Positions 11,538-23,818 of a DNA stretch of 64,000 bases are shown one piece after another; position 1 is the stretch's first letter, and the number at the start of each line of letters is the position of its first letter. The position numbers were made by a program, and so were the translations under genes. The notes below the pieces were generated by a model, which worked only from the letters and a program-made list of their open reading frames with translations, ran no database searches and was not told the origin of the DNA. Source of the stretch: Nemertoderma westbladi (Eukaryota > Animalia > Xenacoelomorpha); assembly GCA_032718475.1 (NCBI GenBank), contig JAUCBJ010001123.1, forward strand, positions 38,804 to 102,803, written 5' to 3'.

Positions 11538-14500
11538 ATAGCCATACAACTGTGAAAGTGAAAGTTAGTTATTGCATACGGAATAGCCATACAACTGTGA
11601 AAGTGAAAGTTAGTTATTGCATACGGAATAGCCATACAACTCTGAAAGTGAAAGTTAGTTATTACATACGGAATAGCCATACAACTGTGAAAGTGAAAGT
11701 TAGTTATTGCATACGGAATAGCCATACAACTGTGAAAGTGAAAGTTAGTTATTACATACGGAATAGCCATACAACTGTGAAAGTGAAAGTTAGTTATTGC
11801 AAACGGAATAGCCATACAACTGTGAAAGTGAAAGTTAGTTATTGCATACGGAATAGCCATACAACTGTGAAAGTGAAAGTTAGTTATTGCATACGGAATA
11901 GCCATCCAACTGTGAAAGTGAAAGTTAGTTATTGCATACGGAATAGCCATACAACTGTGAAAGTGAAAGTTAGTTATTGCATACGGAATAGCCATACAAC
12001 TGTGAAAGTGAAAGTTAGTTATTGCATACGGAATAGCCATACAACTGTGAAAGTGAAAGTTAGTTATTGCATACGGAATAGCCATCCAACTGTGAAAGTG
12101 AAAGTTAGTTATTGCATACGGAATAGCCATCCAACTGTGAAAGTGAAAGTTAGTTATTGCATACGGAATAGCCATACAACTGTGAAAGTGAAAGTTAGTT
12201 ATTACATACGGAATAGCCATACAACTGTGAAAGTGAAAGTTAGTTGTTGTATACGGAATAGCCATACAACTGTGAAAGTGAAAGTTAGTTATTGCATACG
12301 GAATAGCCATACAACTGTGAAAGTGAAAGTTAGTTATTGCATACGGAATAGCCATCCAACTGTGAAAGTGAAAGTTAGTTATTGCATACGGAATAGCCAT
12401 ACAACTGTGAAAGTGAAAGTTAGTTATTACATACGGAATAGCCATACAACTGTGAAAGTGAAAGTTAGTTATTGTATACGGAATAGCGATACAACTGTGA
12501 AAGTGAAAGTTAGTTATTGCGTACGGAATAGCCATACAACTGTGAAAGTGAAAGTTCGTTATTGCATACGGAATTGCCATACAACTGTGAAAGTGAAAGT
12601 TAGTTATTGCATACGGAATAGCCATACAACTGTGAAAGTGAAGGATAGTTATTGCATACGGAATAGCCATACAACTGTGAAAGTGAAAGTTAGTTATTGC
12701 ACACGGAATAGCCATACAACTGTGAAAGTTAGTTATTGCATACGGAATAGCCATACAACTGTGAAAGTGAAAGTTAGTTATTGCATACGGAATAGCCATA
12801 CAACTGTGAAAGTTAGTTAATGCATACGGAATAGCCATACAACTGTGAAAGTTAGTTATTGCATACGGAATAGCCATCCAACTGTGAAAGTGAAAGTTAG
12901 TTATTGCATACGGAATAGCCATACAACTGTGAAAGTGAAAGTTAGTTATTACATACGGAATAGCCATACAACTGTGAAAGTGAAAGTTAGTTATTGTATA
13001 CGGAATAGCCATACAACTGTGAAAGTGAAAGTTAGTTATTGCATACGGAATAGCCATACAACTGTGAAAGTGAAAGTTAGTTATTGCGTACGGAATAGCC
13101 ATACAACTGTGAAAGTGAAAGTTCGTTATTGCATACGGAATTGCCATACAACTGTGAAAGTGAAAGTTAGTTATTGCATACGGAATAGCCATACAACTGT
13201 GAAAGTGAAAGATAGTTATTGCATACGGAATAGCCATACAACTGTGAAAGTTAGTTATTGCACACGGAATAGCCATACAACTGTGAAAGTGAAAGTTAGT
13301 TATTGCATACGGAATAGCCATACAACTGTGAAAGTTAGTTATTGCATACGGAATAGCCATACAACTGTGAAAGTGAAAGTTAGTTATTGCATACGGAATA
13401 GCCATACAACTGTGAAAGTGAAAGTTAGTTATTGCACACGGAATAGCCATACAACTGTGAAAGTGAAAGTTAGTTATTGCATACGGAATAGCCATACAAC
13501 TGTGAAAGTGAAAGATAGTTATTGCATACGGAATAGCCATACAACTGTGAAAGTGAAAGTTAGTTATTGCACACGGAATAGCCATACAACTGTGAAAGTG
13601 AAAGTTAGTTATTGCATACGGAATAGCCATACAACTGTGAAAGTTAGTTATTGCATACGGAATAGCCATACAACTGTGAAAGTGAAAGTTAGTTATTGCA
13701 TACGGAATAGCCATACAACTGTGAATGTGAAAGTTAGTTATTTCATACGGAATAGCCATACAACTGTGAAAGTGAAAGTTCGTTATTGCATACGGAATAG
13801 CCATACAACTGTGAAAGAGAAAGTTAGTTATTGCATACGGAATAGCCATACAACTGTGAAAGTGAAAGTTAGTTATTGCATACGGAATAGCCATACAACT
13901 GTGAAAGAGAAAGTTAGTTATTGCATACGGAATAGCCATACAACTGTGAAAGTGAAAGTTAGTTATTGCATACGGAATAGGCATACAACTGTGAAAGTGA
14001 AAGTTCGTTATTGCATACGGAATAGCCATACAACTGTGAAAGAGAAAGTTAGTTATTGCATACGGAATAGCCATACAACTGTGAAAGTGAAAGTTAGTTA
14101 TTGCATACGGAATAGCCATACAACTGTGAAAGAGAAAGTTAGTTATTGCATACGGAATAGCCATACAACTGTGAAAGTGAAAGTTCGTTATTGCATACGG
14201 AATAGCCATACAACTGTGAAAGTGAAAGTTAGTTATTTCATACGGAATAGCCATACAACTGTGAAAGAGAAAGTTAGTTATTGCATACGGAATAGCCATA
14301 CAACTGTGAAAGTGAAAGTTAGTTATTGCACACGGAATAGCCATACAACTGTGAAAGTGAAAGTTAGTTATTGCATACGGAATAGCCATACAACTGTGAA
14401 AGTGAAAGATAGTTATTGCATACGGAATAGCCATACAACTGTGAAAGTGAAAGTTAGTTATTGCACACGGAATAGCCATACAACTGTGAAAGTGAAAGTT

Positions 14501-17500
14501 AGTTATTGCATACGGAATAGCCATACAACTGTGAAAGTTAGTTATTGCATACGGAATAGCCATACAACTGTGAAAGTGAAAGTTAGTTATTGCATACGGA
14601 ATAGCCATACAACTGTGAATGTGAAAGTTAGTTATTTCATACGGAATAGCCATACAACTGTGAAAGTGAAAGTTCGTTATTGCATACGGAATAGCCATAC
14701 AACTGTGAAAGAGAAAGTTAGTTATTGCATACGGAATAGCCATACAACTGTGAAAGTGAAAGTTAGTTATTGCATACGGAATAGCCATACAACTGTGAAA
14801 GAGAAAGTTAGTTATTGCATACGGAATAGCCATACAACTGTGAAAGTGAAAGTTAGTTATTGCATACGGAATAGGCATACAACTGTGAAAGTGAAAGTTC
14901 GTTATTGCATACGGAATAGCCATACAACTGTGAAAGAGAAAGTTAGTTATTGCATACGGAATAGCCATACAACTGTGAAAGTGAAAGTTAGTTATTGCAT
15001 ACGGAATAGCCATACAACTGTGAAAGAGAAAGTTAGTTATTGCATACGGAATAGCCATACAACTGTGAAAGTGAAAGTTCGTTATTGCATACGGAATAGC
15101 CATACAACTGTGAAAGTGAAAGTTAGTTATTTCATACGGAATAGCCATACAACTGTGAAAGAGAAAGTTAGTTATTGCATACGGAATAGCCATACAACTG
15201 TGAAAGTGAAAGTTAGTTATTGCATACGGAATAGCCATACAACTGTGAAAGTGAAAGTTAGTTATTGAATACGGAATAGCCATACAACTCTGAAAGTGAA
15301 AGTTAGTTATTGCATACGGAATAGCCATACAACTGTGAAAGTGAAAGTTAGTTATTTCATACGGAATAGCCATACAACTGTGAAAGAGAAAGTTAGTTAT
15401 TGCATACGGAATAGCCATACAACTGTGAAAGTGAAAGTTAGTTATTGCATACGGAATAGCCATACAACTGTGAAAGTGAAAGTTAGTTATTTCATACGGA
15501 ATAGCCATACAACTGTGAAAGTGAAAGTTAGTTATTGCATACGGAATAGCCATACAACTGTGAAAGTGAAAGTTAGTTATTTCATACGGAATAGCCATAC
15601 AACTGTGAAAGTGAAAGTTAGTTATTGCATACGGAATAGCCATACAACTGTGAAAGTGAAAGTTAGTTATTTCATACGGAATAGCCATACAACTGTGAAA
15701 GTGAAAGTTAGTTATTGCATACGGAATAGCCATACAACTGTGAAAGTGAAAGTTAGTTATTTCATACGGAATAGCCATACAACTGTGAAAGTGAAAGTTA
15801 GTTATTACATACGGAATAGCCATACAACTGTGAAAGTGAAAGTTAGTTATTGCATACGGAATAGCCATACAACTCTGAAAGTGAAAGTTAGTTATTGCAT
15901 ACGGAATAGCCATACATACAATTCTGAAAGTGAAAGTTAGTTATTGCATACGGAATAGCCATACAACTGTGAAAGTGAAAGTTAGTTATTGCATACGGAA
16001 TAGCCATACAACTGTGAAAGTGAAAGTTAGTTATTGCATACGGAATAGCCATACAACTCTGAAAGTGAAAGTTAGTTATTGCATACGGAATAGCCATACA
16101 TACAATTCTGAAAGTGAAAGTTAGTTATTGCACACGGAATAGCCATACAACTGTGAAAGTGAAAGTTAGTTATTGCATACGGAATAGCCATACAACTGTG
16201 AAAGTGAAAGATAGTTATTGCATACGGAATAGCCATACAACTGTGAAAGTGAAAGTTAGTTATTGCACACGGAATAGCCATACAACTGTGAAAGTGAAAG
16301 ATAGTTATTGCATACGGAATAGCCATACAACTCTGAAAGTGAAAGTTAGTTATTGCATACGGAATAGCCATACAACTGTGAAAGTGAAAGTTAGTTATTG
16401 CATACGGAATAGCCATACAACTCTGAAAGTGAAAGTTAGTTATTGCATACGGAATAGCCATACAACTGTGAAAGTGAAAGTTAGTTATTGCATACGGAAT
16501 AGCCATACAACTCTGAAAGTGAAAGTTAGTTATTGCATACGGAATAGCCATACATACAATTCTGAAAGTGAAAGTTAGTTATTGCACACGGAATAGCCAT
16601 ACAACTGTGAAAGTGAAAGTTAGTTATTGCATACGGAATAGCCATACAACTGTGAAAGTGAAAGATAGTTATTGCATACGGAATAGCCATACAACTGTGA
16701 AAGTGAAAGTTAGTTATTGCACACGGAATAGCCATACAACTGTGAAAGTGAAAGTTAGTTATTGCATACGGAATAGCCATACAACTGTGAAAGTTAGTTA
16801 TTGCATACGGAATAGCCATACAACTGTGAAAGTGAAAGTTAGTTATTGCATACGGAATAGCCATACAACTGTGAAAGTGAAAGTTAGTTATTTCATACGG
16901 AATAGCCATACAACTGTGAAAGTGAAAGTTCGTTATTGCATACGGAATAGCCATACAACTGTGAAAGTGAAAGTTAGTTATTGCATACGGAATAGCCATA
17001 CAACTGTGAAAGTGAAAGTTCGTTATTGCATACGGAATAGCCATACAACTGTGAAAGAGAAAGTTAGTTATTGCATACGGAATAGCCATACAACTGTGAA
17101 AGTGAAAGTTAGTTATTGCATACGGAATAGCCATACAACTGTGAAAGAGAAAGTTAGTTATTGCATACGGAATAGCCATACAACTGTGAAAGTGAAAGTT
17201 CGTTATTGCATACGGAATAGCCATACAACTGTGAAAGTGAAAGTTAGTTATTTCATACGGAATAGCCATACAACTGTGAAAGTGAAAGTTAGTTATTGCA
17301 TACGGAATAGCCATACAACTGTGAAAGTGAAAGATAGTTATTGCATACGGAATAGCCATACAACTGTGAAAGTGAAAGTTAGTTATTGCACACGGAATAG
17401 CCATACAACTGTGAAAGTGAAAGTTAGTTATTGCATACGGAATAGCCATACAACTGTGAAAGTTAGTTATTGCATACGGAATAGCCATACAACTGTGAAA

Positions 17501-19456
17501 GTGAAAGTTAGTTATTGCATACGGAATAGCCATACAACTGTGAAAGTGAAAGTTAGTTATTGCACACGGAATAGCCATACAACTGTGAAAGTGAAAGTTA
17601 GTTATTGCATACGGAATAGCCATACAACTGTGAAAGTGAAAGATAGTTATTGCATACGGAATAGCCATACAACTGTGAAAGTGAAAGTTAGTTATTGCAC
17701 ACGGAATAGCCATACAACTGTGAAAGTGAAAGTTAGTTATTGCATACGGAATAGCCATACAACTGTGAAAGTTAGTTATTGCATACGGAATAGCCATACA
17801 ACTGTGAAAGTGAAAGTTAGTTATTGCATACGGAATAGCCATACAACTGTGAAAGTGAAAGTTAGTTATTGCGTACGGAATAGCCATACAACTGTGAAAG
17901 TGAAAGTTCGTTATTGCATACGGAATTGCCATACAACTGTGAAAGTGAAAGTTAGTTATTGCATACGGAATAGCCATACAACTGTGAAAGTGAAAGTTAG
18001 TTATTGCATACGGAATAGCCATACAACTGTGAAAGTGAAAGTTAGTTATTGAATACGGAATAGCCATACAACTCTGAAAGTGAAAGTTAGTTATTGAATA
18101 CGGAATAGCCATACAACTCTGAAAGTGAAAGTTAGTTATTGCATACGGAATAGCCATACAACTGTGAAAGTGAAAGTTAGTTATTGAATACGGAATAGCC
18201 ATACAACTCTGAAAGTGAAAGTTAGTTATTGAATACGGAATAGCCATACAACTCTGAAAGTGAAAGTTAGTTATTGCATACGGAATAGCCATACAACTGT
18301 GAAAGAGAAAGTTAGTTATTGCATACGGAATAGCCATACAACTGTGAAAGTGAAAGTTCGTTATTGCATACGGAATAGCCATACAACTGTGAAAGTGAAA
18401 GTTAGTTATTTCATACGGAATAGCCATACAACTGTGAAAGTGAAAGTTAGTTATTGCATACGGAATAGCCATACAACTGTGAAAGTGAAAGTTAGTTATT
18501 GCATACGGAATAGCCATACAACTCTGAAAGTGAAAGTTAGTTATTGCATACGGAATAGCCATACAACTGTGAAAGAGAAAGTTAGTTATTGCATACGGAA
18601 TAGCCATACAACTGTGAAAGTGAAAGTTAGTTATTGCAATGGAATAGCCATACAACTGTGAAAGTGAAAGTTAGTTATTGCATACGGAATAGCCATACAA
18701 CTGTGAAAGTGAAAGTTCGTTATTGCATACGGAATAGCCATACAACTGTGAAAGAGAAAGTTAGTTATTGCATACGGAATAGCCATACAACTGTGAAAGT
18801 GAAAGTTAGTTATTGCATACGGAATAGCCATACAACTGTGAAAGAGAAAGTTAGTTATTGCATACGGAATAGCCATACAACTGTGAAAGTGAAAGTTCGT
18901 TATTGCATACGGAATAGCCATACAACTGTGAAAGTGAAAGTTAGTTATTTCATACGGAATAGCCATACAACTGTGAAAGAGAAAGTTAGTTATTGCATAC
19001 GGAATAGCCATACAACTGTGAAAGTGAAAGTTAGTTATTGCATACGGAATAGCCATACAACTGTGAAAGTGAAAGTTAGTTATTGAATACGGAATAGCCA
19101 TACAACTCTGAAAGTGAAAGTTAGTTATTGCATACGGAATAGCCATACAACTGTGAAAGTGAAAGTTAGTTATTTCATACGGAATAGCCATACAACTGTG
19201 AAAGAGAAAGTTAGTTATTGCATACGGAATAGCCATACAACTGTGAAAGTGAAAGTTAGTTATTTCATACGGAATAGCCATACAACTGTGAAAGTGAAAG
19301 TTAGTTATTGCATACGGAATAGCCATACAACTGTGAAAGTGAAAGTTAGTTATTTCATACGGAATAGCCATACAACTGTGAAAGTGAAAGTTAGTTATTG
19401 CATACGGAATAGCCATACAACTGTGAAAGTGAAAGTTAGTTATTTCATACGGAATA
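11538..19456. repeat. 45-bp tandem satellite, left block (about 176 monomers), consensus ATAGCCATACAACTGTGAAAGTGAAAGTTAGTTATTGCATACGGA
   Basis: 45-bp periodicity, with 39-bp (one GTGAAA lost), 49-bp (CATA duplicated) and 44-bp variant monomers. Confidence 0.99.
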
Positions 19457-19476
19457 ATAATAATAATAATAATAAT
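19453..19476 (-). repeat. (ATT)8 3' tail of the LINE
   Basis: (AAT)8 on the + strand, merging into satellite GGAATA. Confidence 0.9.
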
Positions 19477-19481
19477 TTCTT

Positions 19482-19575
19482 TTTATTCGCAAAAACTCCG
19501 CAACAAGTTAAAAAACCGCACAGAGGCAGCCTAACAGAATAAGATCCCATTATAGCTGATTATTACGCGAATAAA
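19482..19575 (-). promoter_or_regulatory. LINE 3' UTR terminal stem containing AATAAA
   Basis: Perfect 9-bp inverted repeat TTTATTCGC (19482-19490) / GCGAATAAA (19567-19575). Minus-strand AATAAA at 19487-19482, 5 nt before the tail. Confidence 0.55.
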
Positions 19576-19757
19576 GCGTCACAACCTACGATTTAATTTG
19601 TACTATAAAATTAACAGTTTTAGTACTCAACTAATCTATAATAATGTACTGTACAATATGTACACAGTACCTTAAGCACAAACTTCGATCAAACTCGTTA
19701 GCCAGCTGTCTCCGGCATATATTTGTTTAAATTTATAGTCATATTAGTGTGTTTAAT

Positions 19758-22700
19758 TTATGTTATGTCGTCACGTGAGTACATTTTGTAAAATTCCTTC
19801 TTTAGTTTATTTGTAAATTTGCTATATGACTTTGTTTCGCGAATATTTAAATTTAGAGAATTCCACAGTCTCGTACAACTAACCATCACGCTGTTGTATC
19901 CAAATTTTGTTTTTGGTACTTTGATACGGAATGTTCTTTTATTTATGTTTTTATTTTGCTTTTTAGAATTTTTAAGGAAAGCAATACTTAGATTTTTAAA
20001 TGGTGTTGATAAATCGAAAAAATATTTAAAGAAGTATTTTAGTACGTAGAAATTTCTAAGTGCTTGTAAGTGGGGTAATTTTGCCTTAGTGCGTAATTCT
20101 GTCCCAGTGGCATCTCTGATTTTTTTGCAGTAGACAGTGCGTAGCCCGTAGTTTTGAATTTTATCTAGCCCGTAAAGTAATTCTTTGTACCCGTGTGTCA
20201 TATGTAGTGGTGTAATAATTTCACAGCAGTAATTATGTAGTGGTAGGACAGTAGCCTTATACACTGTTAGTTTCGTGTTAGTAGGTAATTGACCTTTAAT
20301 AAGTCTTAAACATGATACTGCATGGGTCATTTTCTCAGCAATCAATTTTATTTGTGGCTTCCAAGTAATTTTATTATCAATTATTATTCCTAGGTATTTA
20401 AATTGCGAGCTCTGTTTAACGGTTGCTTTTCCTATGTGCAGGTTAATTTTTTCTATCTCATTTGTTCTAGAATGTGGAGTTATTAAAATAAATTCAGTTT
20501 TTTCGGGATTTAGTTGCATTTTTAAACTTGAAAAGGTACTATCTATTTTTAATATACGACTTGATAAAGTTTGGGTAGCAGCGATCGGATCCGGTCCTGA
20601 TGCAAAGATGAGAGTGTCGTCAGCGTATTGAATGATGTTAAGGTCTTCAGATTCAGCAATTTCGTTGACGTATATGAGGAACATAAGAGGTCCCAAAAGT
20701 GTTCCTTGCGGAATTCCCCGTTCAGTCTGTTCCCAACTGGAGAAGTTACCGTTGAGCTTAACCCTTTGTTTTCGTTGGCAAAGGTAGTCTTTCATTAGGG
20801 AGACAGCAGTCGAATGGAGACCAATTTCTTTTAATTTTAGAAGAAGAATATGATGATTCAACGAATCGAAAGCCTTACTTAGATCTAGTGAAGCTACAGC
20901 CACGTGATTTCCTTCGTCAAGTTTTGATCGCCAATTCTCAGTTGCGTATATAATCGCATCCTTAGTAGAAAAAGATTTCCGAAAACCAAACTGTTTGCTA
21001 GGGAGTAGTTTATTTTTTGTTATGTATGTGATTAATTGTATATAGATGACACGCTCATATATTTTTGCAAATGAGGAAGTTACAGAAATAGGTCTATAAT
21101 TTTCAGGTATTTCTTTGTCTCCTTTTTTGTACACCGGGGTTACTTCTGCTAATTTAAGTCTATCAGGGAATTGAGATTTAGTTATAGATTGGTTAATTAA
21201 ATGAGTCATGATAAATATTATTTTAGGGGAAATTAATTTTATTATTTTCGGGGGCACCTTTGAAGGACCAGGCGATTTATTCTCATTAAGTTTTGAGATT
21301 ATATCGGAAACAGTAATCGCATCAATGTTTTTGAAACTGAAATTGTTAATTAAATCTTGATGTTTTTTACTTGGTTCATACGGAATGTCCTGTAGTCCCA
21401 GAAAATTTCCTAGATTTAGATACGTTTTGTTAAACAATGATGCCATTGCTATTGGTTTGTTTATTATCCTTTTTAATTTTTCATCCCGTAAGGAGTGAAT
21501 TTTGCACGATGGACTCTCTTTATTGAGAATGTTATTTATAATTTTCCACTTTTTACGGGATGAGCTTTCAGAAATGAATTTAGATTTTATAAACTTGTTC
21601 TTAGCAGCCCTATTTGCATTATTAAATTTGTTCCTATTAAATTTGAAAATACCAAAATCTGAATCCAGTTTAGTCCTACGCCAATTTACCATTGACTGTG
21701 ATTTTTTATTTTGCAGTTCTTCCAATTTATCGTTCCACCATGGGCGGTTAGTATTTTTATTGTTTTGGTTATGGCGTTGTTTCATTAGTTTTCTTTTAAT
21801 CGGGGCATGTTTTTCAATAATTTTTTCTAACACATCTTCAAATAAATTAAAAGCTAAGTTTATATCATTATGCTGATAAACGTTAGTCCAATCTATTTTA
21901 TTTATATCTGACAAAAACATTTTTTCTGAGAAACTACTGTAGTCCCTATAAGATACCCAGTTGCCAGTGTTGGACGCGTTCATTTTGTTTAGTTTAGAAT
22001 TTATCTTAAATGTTACGAATTCATGATCTGAGAAGTAACATGGAAATGTGTTGCTCTCCGTTCTATCTAATGAAAACGAAGTAATAAAAAGGTCCAACAG
22101 GGTGTCAATTGTTTTGCCATAACGTGTAGGATTCTTTTCATCAGCTATAGAGAGTCCATATTGGCCCAAGATTGTTTTAAAATCTTCAACTTTTTTATCG
22201 GTGGAATTTAATATATTTATATTAAAATCTCCCATTATCACAATTTTCTTACTCGTAGAATTAATAGCACTTTCTAGTTCATCATTAAATTGATTTATGA
22301 AGAGTGATGAATTTTTTGGTGGGCTGTATACTAGCCCAACAATAAATTCATTACTAACTTCTATCCAAATTGAATCATATTTATTTGTAGTTTTGGTTAA
22401 TTTAATATCTGCTCGTACTTGATGATTAACACTGTCGGGTATATAGATAAGTACACCTCCCCCCTTTTTATTACGTCTATCAGCTCGATATAAATTGTAG
22501 CCAGCCAACTTGACACTTCTATTTGGTACGTTTTTTTTAAGCCATGACTCAGTCACACCTATAATTAGATTGTCATCTATACTGGTTAATATGTCTTTTA
22601 ATTCCGAGTAGTTTTTGACGATACTTCTGGCATTTAAAAGTAAAAATTTGGTTTGGTTTTTATTTTCTAGCAAGTAGTCTCTCACATTATTTAGATGTTG

Positions 22701-23711
22701 TCTATTTTTTCCAAACTTAATTTTATATTTATTATTACTTTTAGGATCAATGTAGTTTATGTTTGGCGTCGGGCCAGGGTTCTTGTGAACATCTCCAGCA
22801 CGGTTTATTATAGTTATGATGGTGTGCGAAATAATAATAATATCTGTAATATAAAATATATATCGCATGAAAATAATAATATAACATTTTATGAAAACAA
22901 ATGTATTTCTTTTCATAATTTGTCTTACTGAATTGCGTTCTTTGTTTGTAATTTTGTGTCCTAGTTTCGAGTGATGTCTTTTTTGTATTCCTATTATATT
23001 CGTTTGCCAAGCTGAGTAAATTAATATTAAAATTATTAGCCGTTGTGGCGAATATGTATTGTAATGCTGTGAACGTAGTATTACAATATATGTCACTATA
23101 GTAGTTATGAATAAGAGTGTGAAATGTACAAATGGACTTCCCGCAAAGAAATGGCAGTTAATATTTATTTTTATTTTTATATTAAGGGAGATGTGTATCA
23201 AGTTACCAATTAATGCATATAAAAATATAAATCTGTAATTATTTTTGTTACCTGATACAACACGGCTTATATGACATTTTTTATTAAAATAATTATATAT
23301 TTCAGAAAAATATTTTGGGTAAAATTTTGGGTAAAATGCTTCATAAATTGCCGCATATTGAATTATGTATCCTATTTTATAAATGGTGCTAATGACAGTT
23401 GCCAGGTACTGGTGGCTAACGAGGAAGATCAAAATAACTATAAAATAATCAATAACACAGTATTTATCATCAATAAGAGATTGTACTTGTACATGGGATC
23501 TGTATGAGTACAATGTGGGCAATCGAAATTGTGTACCGGTACCGGTAATGCTGCTTGTGCGGTTATTACATACATTTAAAGAAATTATATCGCAATAATT
23601 GGACCGGTAGATACATGTACCGGTATATATTTGAATATTATTTTTGCAGTAAAATAGTAAAATTACCATAAAAGGAAAAATAAAATTTATCATTGGATGA
23701 TAAACGAACAT
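19758..23711 (-). CDS. LINE ORF2: hydrophobic N-terminal extension, 2A-like motif, APE endonuclease, reverse transcriptase (1317 aa from first ATG; frame open from 23747)
   Basis: APE motifs LNARS, GVTESW, GGGVLIY, MGDFN, SDH. RT motifs NYRPIS, QFGFR, LDLSKAFD, GIPQGTLLGP, QYADDT (YADD at 20627-20616), KYLGI. C-terminal RLWNSL...F..KLK is typical of the CR1/L2 group. The start codon is uncertain. Confidence 0.95.
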   Translation of the reverse strand: MFVYHPMINFIFPFMVILLFYCKNNIQIYTGTCIYRSNYCDIISLNVCNNRTSSITGTGTQFRLPTLYSYRSHVQVQSLIDDKYCVIDYFIVILIFLVSHQYLATVISTIYKIGYIIQYAAIYEAFYPKFYPKYFSEIYNYFNKKCHISRVVSGNKNNYRFIFLYALIGNLIHISLNIKIKININCHFFAGSPFVHFTLLFITTIVTYIVILRSQHYNTYSPQRLIILILIYSAWQTNIIGIQKRHHSKLGHKITNKERNSVRQIMKRNTFVFIKCYIIIFMRYIFYITDIIIISHTIITIINRAGDVHKNPGPTPNINYIDPKSNNKYKIKFGKNRQHLNNVRDYLLENKNQTKFLLLNARSIVKNYSELKDILTSIDDNLIIGVTESWLKKNVPNRSVKLAGYNLYRADRRNKKGGGVLIYIPDSVNHQVRADIKLTKTTNKYDSIWIEVSNEFIVGLVYSPPKNSSLFINQFNDELESAINSTSKKIVIMGDFNINILNSTDKKVEDFKTILGQYGLSIADEKNPTRYGKTIDTLLDLFITSFSLDRTESNTFPCYFSDHEFVTFKINSKLNKMNASNTGNWVSYRDYSSFSEKMFLSDINKIDWTNVYQHNDINLAFNLFEDVLEKIIEKHAPIKRKLMKQRHNQNNKNTNRPWWNDKLEELQNKKSQSMVNWRRTKLDSDFGIFKFNRNKFNNANRAAKNKFIKSKFISESSSRKKWKIINNILNKESPSCKIHSLRDEKLKRIINKPIAMASLFNKTYLNLGNFLGLQDIPYEPSKKHQDLINNFSFKNIDAITVSDIISKLNENKSPGPSKVPPKIIKLISPKIIFIMTHLINQSITKSQFPDRLKLAEVTPVYKKGDKEIPENYRPISVTSSFAKIYERVIYIQLITYITKNKLLPSKQFGFRKSFSTKDAIIYATENWRSKLDEGNHVAVASLDLSKAFDSLNHHILLLKLKEIGLHSTAVSLMKDYLCQRKQRVKLNGNFSSWEQTERGIPQGTLLGPLMFLIYVNEIAESEDLNIIQYADDTLIFASGPDPIAATQTLSSRILKIDSTFSSLKMQLNPEKTEFILITPHSRTNEIEKINLHIGKATVKQSSQFKYLGIIIDNKITWKPQIKLIAEKMTHAVSCLRLIKGQLPTNTKLTVYKATVLPLHNYCCEIITPLHMTHGYKELLYGLDKIQNYGLRTVYCKKIRDATGTELRTKAKLPHLQALRNFYVLKYFFKYFFDLSTPFKNLSIAFLKNSKKQNKNINKRTFRIKVPKTKFGYNSVMVSCTRLWNSLNLNIRETKSYSKFTNKLKKEFYKMYSRDDIT
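22770..22796 (-). other. 2A/StopGo-like peptide motif GDVHKNPG|P
   Basis: In frame in ORF2, about 40 aa before the APE domain. It matches the consensus GD(V/I)ExNPGP except E to H, and follows a hydrophobic stretch. Confidence 0.75.
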
Positions 23712-23818
23712 TATAAAATGGTCATTTCGTTTGATATTATTAATCAATTAGTTTGCCTCTAGCTAAAAATAAAAGATGATGAGCATTGTATAAAGAATAT
23801 ATAAATGAATATATATAT

